Positions 1 to 4,842 of a stretch of 4,842 nucleotides of DNA are shown here, one piece after another. The notes under the pieces were generated by a model that worked only from the letters and a program-made list of their open reading frames with translations, ran no database searches and was not told the DNA's origin. Every line of letters begins with the position of its first letter. Positions within the stretch are counted from its first letter, which is position 1. The stretch is from the IMG/VR virus record IMGVR_UViG_2541047166_000009, positions 1 through 4,842 of that record, one strand, 5' to 3'. Made by a program: the position numbers and the translations under genes. This DNA is from a virus (lineage: Duplodnaviria > Heunggongvirae > Uroviricota > Caudoviricetes).

Positions 1-684
1 GTTCCACCGTACCGGACGGTGGAGGAGTGGCGGGAATGGCAACTTGCTGAAGGACGAAAACGCAGCGAGGAGATTAACCGCCAGAATCACCAGTTGCGGG
101 TGGAAAAAATCCTGAATCGTTCGGGCATCCAGCCTCTGCACAGCAAATGCTCGTTTGCGAATTATCAGGTGCAGAACGACGGGCTAAAATACGCGCTGAG
201 CCAGGCCAAATCCATAGCTGACGAACTGATGACCGGGTGCACGAATTTTGTGTTCAGCGGTAAAACCGGCACCGGGAAAAATCACCTTGCAGCGGCGATG
301 GGTAACCGGCTGATGGCGAAGGGGCGCAGCGTGATTATCGTCACCGTGTCTGATGTCATGAGCGTGTTGCATGACAGCTACGACAACGGCAAATCCGGGG
401 AAAAATTTTTACAGGAGCTTTGCAGTGTTGATTTGCTGGTCCTGGATGAAATAGGCGTTCAGCGGGAGACGAAAAACGAGCAGGTGGTATTACACCAGAT
501 AATTGATCGCCGGACAGCATCACTGTGCAGTGTCGGGATGTTAACAAACCTGAATCATGCCGCAATGAGTACACTTCTTGGTGAGAGGATTATGGACCGC
601 ATGACCATGAACGGTGGTCGATGGGTGACGTTTAACTGGGATAGCTGGCGTCCAAATGTCAGCAATATGAGGGTTGTGAAGTAA
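1..684 (+). CDS. DnaC-like replicative helicase loader (AAA+ ATPase), 5'-partial; frame is open from base 1, so the true start is probably upstream of the window
   Basis: Walker A GKTGTGKNHLAAAMG and Walker B DLLVLDEIG are present. From recollection the protein is collinear with E. coli DnaC across FxNY, the Walker motifs, GMLTNLN, LLGERIMDRM and FNWDSWR. TAA stop at 682-684. The 19..684 track ORF begins at an internal GTG. Confidence 0.9.
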   Translation, partial: VPPYRTVEEWREWQLAEGRKRSEEINRQNHQLRVEKILNRSGIQPLHSKCSFANYQVQNDGLKYALSQAKSIADELMTGCTNFVFSGKTGTGKNHLAAAMGNRLMAKGRSVIIVTVSDVMSVLHDSYDNGKSGEKFLQELCSVDLLVLDEIGVQRETKNEQVVLHQIIDRRTASLCSVGMLTNLNHAAMSTLLGERIMDRMTMNGGRWVTFNWDSWRPNVSNMRVVK

Positions 685-705
685 TTTTGTCCGGAGGAAA
701 TTTTA

Positions 706-1422
706 ATGGAAACCGTATCTGACGCACTGAAAGCACTGAAAAAAGCCTCTTCACATGTGGTGGCAGCTCGCCTTGGAATTAGTCGTGAAGAGGCTGTCAA
801 CGAACTGTGGAAACTGAAACGCCGTGGAGAAGCGGATAACAAGGGGGCGATATGGTGGCTGACTCAGGCTGGTGAAAGTGAACCGGTGTCACCGGTACCG
901 AAAGTGACGGCGCAAATGCTGACAGAGGCGATTGAACAACATGGCCCACAAACGGCGGATGAACTGGCATTGATGTTCGGAATTACCTCCCGCCGGGCGA
1001 ATTCATCGCTGGCAATGGCAATCAGCAAAGGGTGTCTGATTCGCGTGAATCAGGATGGTAAATTTCGTTACTGCATACCGGGCGTTGATTTACCGGCAGA
1101 GCCGAAAGCAGCATCCGTAGCTGAAACGGAGGGTAAAGCCCTTCCTCAGCCAGCTGGTGTTGCGTTACCAGTCCAGGAAACGGCTGCACAGGAAGAAATT
1201 AAAACAGAAGCGGTGGAGGACATTGTGAAGTTGCAGCAATCGTTCACTGAAGCGAAAGCAGATGACCTGATTCTACCATCGCTGCATGTGGCTAACCGCG
1301 AGCTGCGCCGGGCGAAAAGTAATGTTCAGAAGTGGGAGCGAGTCTGTGCTGCGCTACGGGAACTGAACAAACACAGGGATATTCTCCGGGATATTACCGC
1401 CACCAGAGAGCAGCAGCGGTGA
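706..1422 (+). CDS. Phage protein of unknown function, resembling the DUF1627 family found next to replication genes in enterobacterial prophages; two predicted winged-helix-like N-terminal segments, an acidic Pro/Ala-rich linker and a C-terminal coiled-coil-like region
   Basis: 238-aa ORF with GGAGG at 693-697, 8 nt before ATG 706. It starts 21 nt after the upstream stop. Composition is protein-like. The family name is by recollection only. Confidence 0.8.
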   Translation: METVSDALKALKKASSHVVAARLGISREEAVNELWKLKRRGEADNKGAIWWLTQAGESEPVSPVPKVTAQMLTEAIEQHGPQTADELALMFGITSRRANSSLAMAISKGCLIRVNQDGKFRYCIPGVDLPAEPKAASVAETEGKALPQPAGVALPVQETAAQEEIKTEAVEDIVKLQQSFTEAKADDLILPSLHVANRELRRAKSNVQKWERVCAALRELNKHRDILRDITATREQQR

Positions 1423-1736
1423 GTGGCTGGAAGAAGTGGCGCTGGGCTGAAATCCTGATACTCCGGCAGTGTGCGGGAACGATGAGAGTCGAAAGCATCG
1501 GTTATCTGATTGGCCGTAGTGAGTCAGCCGTCAGGACGAAAGCGCGGGAACTGGGTATCAGCATGATGTTACGGGGTGATTATCACCAGTCAGCCAAATG
1601 TTCACAGCGTGATATTGAGCTGGCGTGGCAACTGCATCAGCGTGGTGTACCCCGACGGGAAATTGCCGAAAAGTTTGGGATGAAGTTGGGCGCAGTGAAT
1701 AACTACGTTTATTTCGACAGGAGGGTTCAGGAGTGA
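1419..1736 (+). CDS. Small putative DNA-binding protein with two tandem HTH-like repeats (about 105 aa); start could instead be ATG 1482
   Basis: GTG 1419 overlaps the upstream TGA as GTGA. Residues from 1419 complete the first of two similar repeats (WAEILILRQ...[21 protein letters not shown] and [31 protein letters not shown]). The track start at 1332 is a GTG deep inside the previous gene and is unlikely. Confidence 0.6.
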   Translation: MSGWKKWRWAEILILRQCAGTMRVESIGYLIGRSESAVRTKARELGISMMLRGDYHQSAKCSQRDIELAWQLHQRGVPRREIAEKFGMKLGAVNNYVYFDRRVQE

Positions 1737-2035
1737 GGGTGAGGGTTTATATCGCCGGTCCGATGACGGGATATGAAAATTTTAACCGCGAGGCATTTCA
1801 CAAAACGGAAGAGGTGCTGAAACGGGAAGGGCATACCGTTTTAAACCCGGCAGTACTTCCGGACGGGCTGACTCAGCCACACTACATGGATATTTGCATG
1901 GCAATGCTCCGTTGCGTGGATGCGGTTTACATGCTGAAAGGCTGGCAGCAGTCGGCAGGTGCAGGGGCTGAGCTGGCACTGGAGGAGAAACCGGGCCATG
2001 CGGTGATTTTTCAGGAGGTGGGCAGTGAATATTGA
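1733..2035 (+). CDS. DUF4406 / nucleoside 2-deoxyribosyltransferase-like small protein
   Basis: N-terminal VYIAGPMTG motif and a later GWQQSAGAGAELALEE segment match my recollection of this family. GTG 1733 overlaps the upstream stop (GTGA). GTG 1739 is an alternative start, with GGAG 1730-1733 five nt upstream. Confidence 0.8.
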   Translation: MRVRVYIAGPMTGYENFNREAFHKTEEVLKREGHTVLNPAVLPDGLTQPHYMDICMAMLRCVDAVYMLKGWQQSAGAGAELALEEKPGHAVIFQEVGSEY

Positions 2036-2342
2036 CCCGGCGATAACGATTGATATGGCCCTGAACGCCGGCCTGGCACTTCTTGGTTATTTCTACATTA
2101 TGTTCTGCAGCGGACGATGGCTGTCACTGTTGTTCATGAAAAAATGGAATAAACGCCGTAAGCAGGAGCAACGCCAGAAGGCAATGGATGCATTTTTCGA
2201 AGCCTTCGGAATTGACGGCATGGAACCAGGGGATCCAGCTCGCGCAATCAGCAGAGGGGGTGTAGTAATCCTTGTATATCGGAGTGAAGAGAAAAATGAC
2301 GATCACAAAACAACGTGTAGAAGAAATCATATCCCGCATTGA
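2025..2342 (+). CDS. Small hypothetical membrane protein: one predicted N-terminal TM helix followed by a strongly basic stretch (KKWNKRRKQEQRQK)
   Basis: Perfect AGGAGG at 2013-2018, 6 nt before GTG 2025, which overlaps the upstream stop codon. Hydrophobic segment ALNAGLALLGYFYIMFCSGRWLSLLF. Its 3' end overlaps the next gene by 47 nt, so the true extent is uncertain. Confidence 0.5.
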   Translation: MNIDPAITIDMALNAGLALLGYFYIMFCSGRWLSLLFMKKWNKRRKQEQRQKAMDAFFEAFGIDGMEPGDPARAISRGGVVILVYRSEEKNDDHKTTCRRNHIPH

Positions 2343-2613
2343 AATGTATGGACATGGTGCAGGGTATATCGCAGACGAGGTTAATGATCTGGCTATACTG
2401 GCGCTGAATTTATCAAATATCGCGAACCTGAAGCGATACGAGCTTGATATGGGAGGTTGCGACTCGTGCGGTCAGGATTGTGGCGCTGATATGACTGAAG
2501 ATCCTGATGGTGATTATGTCCTGTTTGATGACGTGGTTAAGTTGTTTGAATTTGATACAACCACTCAAAAGTTAGAAATCCCGGCAAAGGAGGCAGCCAG
2601 TGGGCAAGATTGA
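2296..2613 (+). CDS. Hypothetical phage protein (105 aa) with an acidic, Cys-containing C-terminal half
   Basis: ATG 2296 is preceded by GGAGTGAAGAG. Its N-terminus MTITKQRVEEIISRIEMYGHG parallels that of the 3233 gene (MTTITKDRLLTIQHWRETYGPG). The track start at 2272 is a TTG and is less likely. Confidence 0.65.
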   Translation: MTITKQRVEEIISRIEMYGHGAGYIADEVNDLAILALNLSNIANLKRYELDMGGCDSCGQDCGADMTEDPDGDYVLFDDVVKLFEFDTTTQKLEIPAKEAASGQD

Positions 2614-3037
2614 CTATCAGGCACTGCGTGAGGCAGCACAAAACTATCAATCGACGCTGGCGTGGTATCAGGCTACCCCGGACAGCCCAAATGCTGAACG
2701 GGATTGTGATGCGGCTCTTGCTGCGTTTAAGCGTCACATCCGTCATCGGGAAGCGGATATTATCGCTGATTTGCTGGATGGACTGGAAGAAGCAAAATCA
2801 CAACTCAACGAGCAGCGTGAGTATTACGAAGGCGTTATCTCTGATGGGAGCAAGCGTATTGCTGAACTGGAAGCGCGGGAAGTTCAATTACCGACTCGCT
2901 ACGACCTTCGATATGGACACCCGATAAATGCAGATGAGCGACATGTCATGATACCTAAAGAAAATGGCAGTTGGCTTTACCTGATTGACCTAGAACACGC
3001 ATTACGCGTCGCTGGCATTCGCATCAAAGGAGAGTGA
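2600..3037 (+). CDS. ead/Ea22-like family protein
   Basis: AAGGAGG at 2587-2593, 6 nt before GTG 2600. IDYQALREAA, LLDGLEEAK and KRIAELEAREV resemble the conserved N-terminal pattern of Ea22-like prophage proteins as I recall it. Overlaps the upstream gene end by 14 nt. Confidence 0.7.
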   Translation: MGKIDYQALREAAQNYQSTLAWYQATPDSPNAERDCDAALAAFKRHIRHREADIIADLLDGLEEAKSQLNEQREYYEGVISDGSKRIAELEAREVQLPTRYDLRYGHPINADERHVMIPKENGSWLYLIDLEHALRVAGIRIKGE

Positions 3038-3038
3038 G

Positions 3039-3230
3039 ATGAACGGACAAATATCAATTGTTCGACCAGGAGCATGTGACGATCGCGAAATACGAATGAT
3101 TATTCGTCTGGCGATGGGGAAAACAATAACTGCTCTCATTACTCCAGAAAATCTCGCATTAGCATTAACAGGAAAGTCAGACATGCCAGTAGAGCTAAAG
3201 CTGCGAAATGTTGAGATTAAGGTGAAATAG
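3039..3230 (+). CDS. Small hypothetical phage protein (63 aa)
   Basis: AAGGAG at 3027-3032, 6 nt before ATG 3039. Starts 1 nt after the upstream TGA and ends 2 nt before the next start. Confidence 0.6.
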   Translation: MNGQISIVRPGACDDREIRMIIRLAMGKTITALITPENLALALTGKSDMPVELKLRNVEIKVK

Positions 3231-3232
3231 CT

Positions 3233-3790
3233 ATGACCACTATTACCAAAGATCGACTGCTGACAATCCAGCATTGGCGCGAAACATACGGACCGGGTAG
3301 CAACGTTGTGCTTCCAGCAGAAGAAGCGGAAGAGCTGGCACGGATTGCGCTGGCATCACTGGCAGCAGTATCGGATGAACGAGCAGCCTATGAATTATTT
3401 ATGGAGAAGCGTTTCGGAGAATCTGTAGATCGCCGCAGAGCAAAAAATGGCGATAGAGATTACATGGTATGGGATATGGCGCTTGGCTGGATTATCTGGT
3501 GTCACCGCGCCGCCATGCTTCAGGCTGGAAACTTTCGGGAAAATAAGGGTTCGTCAACCAATAATTTTCGGATAATCTCGGAAACGTCAACCAACTCTCC
3601 GGCAATCCCTGATGAGGTGTTGTCCGCAATCCTGAAGGTCGCCAGGCTTCGTGCAGATTTCGATGCTTCTGAAGTGGACAGGCGAGGTATCGGTAGTTGT
3701 CTGGATGAGGCCGAGCAAGAACTTATCGTTACCATTAACGAATACGCCAGTCAGATCGCAGTAGAAGCGACACAGGGGGAGAACCAATGA
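3233..3790 (+). CDS. Hypothetical phage protein (185 aa) whose N-terminus is related to that of the 2296 gene
   Basis: ATG 3233 follows AAGGTGA at 3219-3225. Long protein-like ORF in the operon direction. Confidence 0.75.
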   Translation: MTTITKDRLLTIQHWRETYGPGSNVVLPAEEAEELARIALASLAAVSDERAAYELFMEKRFGESVDRRRAKNGDRDYMVWDMALGWIIWCHRAAMLQAGNFRENKGSSTNNFRIISETSTNSPAIPDEVLSAILKVARLRADFDASEVDRRGIGSCLDEAEQELIVTINEYASQIAVEATQGENQ

Positions 3791-3864
3791 GCCGGCCAGA
3801 TGCATTTGCAGGCGTTGCTATAGCTATTGCTTTTCTAGTATATGTTATTTGTCGGTGGGGGTAA
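3787..3864 (+). CDS. Candidate 25-aa hydrophobic micropeptide (MSRPDAFAGVAIAIAFLVYVICRWG)
   Basis: ATG 3787 overlaps the upstream TGA as ATGA, the same coupling geometry seen elsewhere in the operon. One predicted TM-like segment. Absent from the ORF track, presumably for length. Could be chance. Confidence 0.3.
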   Translation: MSRPDAFAGVAIAIAFLVYVICRWG

Positions 3865-3899
3865 AAACGTTCGCCGGGATTCACACCAAGGGAGGGAAT

Positions 3900-4004
3900 A
3901 TGTCGGATGATATTTCACTGGTAATGGAAGGCGCTCTGGCTGTTATTGCTGTTGTGGGTGTTTACTGCCTGGTTGTGTTTTTGATGGAGCGCCTGGGGAA
4001 CTGA
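3900..4004 (+). CDS. Candidate 34-aa single-TM micropeptide (MSDDISLVMEGALAVIAVVGVYCLVVFLMERLGN)
   Basis: Strong SD AAGGGAGGG at 3888-3896 just upstream of ATG 3900. Hydrophobic core with charged termini. TGA at 4002-4004. Absent from the ORF track. Confidence 0.45.
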   Translation: MSDDISLVMEGALAVIAVVGVYCLVVFLMERLGN

Positions 4005-4014
4005 ATTCATTCCG

Positions 4015-4030
4015 TATGGGAATTCCCATA
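4015..4030. promoter_or_regulatory. 16-bp perfect palindrome TATGGGAATTCCCATA; candidate operator or RNA hairpin just upstream of the hok promoter
   Basis: The sequence equals its own reverse complement. It lies 15 nt upstream of the candidate -35 element. Confidence 0.35.
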
Positions 4031-4044
4031 TCGGGCAAAACGGT

Positions 4045-4072
4045 TTGCTGTAAAGCGAGAGTTAAGTAGAAT
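4045..4072 (+). promoter_or_regulatory. Candidate sigma-70 promoter for the hok/mok mRNA (-35 TTGCTG 4045-4050, 16-nt spacer, -10 TAGAAT 4067-4072)
   Basis: Hexamers read from the sequence. The predicted start near 4077-4080 coincides with the 5' element that is complementary to the 3' end of the locus. Confidence 0.4.
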
Positions 4073-4075
4073 TGC

Positions 4076-4090
4076 TGCGGGTGCTTGAGG
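4076..4090 (+). promoter_or_regulatory. hok mRNA 5' element (tac-like) complementary to the 3' fbi-like element at 4453-4468
   Basis: GCGGGTGC (4077-4084) pairs with GCACCCGC (4460-4467) and TTGAGG (4085-4090) pairs with CCTCAA (4453-4458), giving 14 bp with one bulged C. Confidence 0.5.
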
Positions 4091-4149
4091 CTGTCTGCCT
4101 CGGGCATGCCACCGTAAGGCAGACAGAGAAAAGCCCCAGTTAACATTAC

Positions 4150-4272
4150 GCGTCCTGCAAGACGCTTAACATTAATCTGAGGCCCAATCTATGCTTCACA
4201 AACGTAGGTTAGCCTCTTACGCGCCGAAAGGCAAGGAGAAGCAGGTTATGAAGCAGCAAAAGGCGATGTTAA
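4150..4272 (-). ncRNA. sok: Candidate Sok-like antisense RNA region; boundaries not resolved
   Basis: Expected from hok locus architecture. A weak minus-strand promoter candidate is TTAACA (complement of 4267-4272), 16-nt spacer, CATAAC (complement of 4245-4250). A short hairpin at 4150-4165 could be its 3' end, but no clean U-tract follows. Confidence 0.2.
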
Positions 4273-4403
4273 TCGCCCTGATCGTCATCTGTTTAACCGT
4301 CATAGTGACGGCACTGGTAACGAGGAAAGACCTCTGCGAGGTACGAATCCGAACCGGCCAGACGGAGGTCGCTGTCTTCACAGCTTACGAACCTGAGGAG
4401 TAA
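4191..4403 (+). CDS. mok: Mok-like in-frame N-terminal extension of hok (modulator of killing), 70 aa
   Basis: ATG 4191 with GAGG at 4179-4182. The extension MLHKRRLASYAPKGKEKQV precedes the Hok methionine in the same frame, which resembles chromosomal MokC as I recall it. Confidence 0.55.
   Translation: MLHKRRLASYAPKGKEKQVMKQQKAMLIALIVICLTVIVTALVTRKDLCEVRIRTGQTEVAVFTAYEPEE
4248..4403 (+). CDS. hokD: Hok/Gef-family type I toxin (51 aa), matching HokD/RelF as I recall it
   Basis: MKQQKAMLIALIVICLTVIVTALVTRKDLCEVRIRTGQTEVAVFTAYEPEE has the Hok TM segment and the conserved LCE..IR..G..EVAAF-type periplasmic tail. AAGGAG at 4233-4238, 9 nt before ATG 4248. TAA at 4401-4403. Confidence 0.9.
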   Translation: MKQQKAMLIALIVICLTVIVTALVTRKDLCEVRIRTGQTEVAVFTAYEPEE

Positions 4404-4472
4404 GAGACCAGGCGGGGGAGAAATCCCTCGCCACCGCTGATGTGTCAGGCATCCTCAACGCACCCGCACTTA

Positions 4473-4498
4473 ACCCGCTTCGGCGGGTTTTGTTTTTT
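4473..4498 (+). terminator. Rho-independent terminator of the hok mRNA
   Basis: ACCCGC-TTCG-GCGGGT stem-loop followed by TTTGTTTTTT. Confidence 0.8.
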
Positions 4499-4519
4499 CT
4501 GGTCGTTCTGGTTTACAAT
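4490..4519 (+). promoter_or_regulatory. Candidate promoter for the downstream gene (-35 TTGTTT 4490-4495, 18-nt spacer, -10 TACAAT 4514-4519)
   Basis: Hexamers read from the sequence. The -35 overlaps the terminator T-tract, so this is weak. Confidence 0.25.
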
Positions 4520-4570
4520 CCATCCGTCAGCCTGAACAACTGGCACCTGCTGCGCCAGCAGAGAAAACAG

Positions 4571-4842
4571 ATGGCGCACGATACCAAATTTTACAATTCG
4601 GATAACTCTGCCGCCCCTGCCAGCAGGCACGGGCGGCGTTCTCATGCATTCAAATCTGACTGGTATCAGCACGACCCCTGCACCGAAGAACAGGCTGAAT
4701 GGCTGATTCAGTGTTACCGCAGGCGCGGATACGAGGTTAAAAAAGCCCTCAGTCTCGATTATCGTCACTGGATAATCTCCGTCAGGCTCCCTTACTCCGA
4801 ACGGCCACCGCGTCCGTCCCGCACATTCCAGCAACGGATCTG
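4571..4842 (+). CDS. Hypothetical protein, 3'-partial (continues beyond the window); family not recognised
   Basis: ATG 4571 is the first start after the terminator in a frame that stays open to the window end (90 codons), with a purine-rich AGAGAAAACAG upstream. Not in the track, presumably because it has no in-window stop. A 129-aa ORF on the opposite strand overlaps it. Confidence 0.45.
   Translation, partial: MAHDTKFYNSDNSAAPASRHGRRSHAFKSDWYQHDPCTEEQAEWLIQCYRRRGYEVKKALSLDYRHWIISVRLPYSERPPRPSRTFQQRI

Noticed and set aside
184-842. Minus-strand track ORFs 184..372, 356..574 and 555..842
   Set aside because: They lie entirely antisense to the DnaC-like and following gene, are Arg/Ser/Pro/His-rich, and have no SD or partner genes on that strand. 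Typical shadow ORFs.
1332-1736. Track start at 1332 for the HTH protein
   Set aside because: Position 1332 is a GTG 90 nt inside the preceding gene. The coupled GTG at 1419 (or ATG 1482) is a far more plausible start.
1782-1979. Minus-strand ORF antisense to the DUF4406 gene
   Set aside because: Fully contained within a well-supported + strand gene. Pro/Ala/Leu-rich shadow frame.
2124-2339. Minus-strand 71-aa hydrophobic ORF
   Set aside because: Antisense to the 2025-2342 gene. Its hydrophobicity is explained by the A/T-rich complement of the basic-tail codons. No SD found.
2610-2927. Plus-strand ORF 2610..2927 in an alternative frame
   Set aside because: Fully nested inside the better-supported Ea22-like gene (2600-3037), and Arg-rich with low complexity.
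2537-3805. Minus-strand ORFs 2537..2746, 3002..3274, 3520..3735 and 3587..3805
   Set aside because: All are antisense to + strand genes that have SDs and coupling. None has an SD, and they overlap each other.
4005-4040. Terminator after the micropeptide gene
   Set aside because: The palindrome can form a hairpin, but it is followed by TCGGGCAAAACGG rather than a U-tract. Not a convincing intrinsic terminator.
3943-4146. Minus-strand 67-aa ORF across the hok promoter and leader
   Set aside because: It spans the palindrome, promoter and leader hairpin, so it is better explained as non-coding regulatory sequence.
4004-4247. RelB/RelE antitoxin-toxin genes upstream of hok
   Set aside because: No ORF resembling RelE or RelB is present on either strand. 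This hok copy is not in a relBEF arrangement.
4445-4834. Minus-strand 129-aa ORF
   Set aside because: Its 3' end would be encoded by the hok terminator and fbi element. The co-directional + ORF from 4571 is favoured. Not fully excluded.
1-4842. CRISPR arrays, tRNA or rRNA genes, IS elements or transposase
   Set aside because: No regularly spaced repeat array, no tRNA-like cloverleaf region, and no transposase-like ORF or terminal inverted repeats were seen.

Overview
The window reads as a single-direction (+ strand) early-operon block of a lambdoid-type enterobacterial prophage, followed by a self-contained hok/mok type I toxin locus. It opens inside a DnaC-like helicase-loader gene (Walker A and B visible). 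Nine to ten tightly packed, start/stop-overlapping small genes follow, in the position of a lambda nin region: a DUF1627-like protein, a tandem-HTH protein, a DUF4406 (nucleoside 2-deoxyribosyltransferase-like) protein, a small membrane protein, an Ea22-like protein and several hypotheticals. After two tiny hydrophobic peptide ORFs that the ORF track missed, there is a Hok toxin gene (51 aa, HokD/RelF-like) with an in-frame Mok extension, its own candidate promoter, a 5'/3' long-range complementary pair of the tac/fbi kind, and an intrinsic terminator. A further + strand ORF starts at 4571 and runs off the window. No rRNA, tRNA, CRISPR array or transposase was seen. All family names are from motif recognition by eye and recollection; no searches were run.
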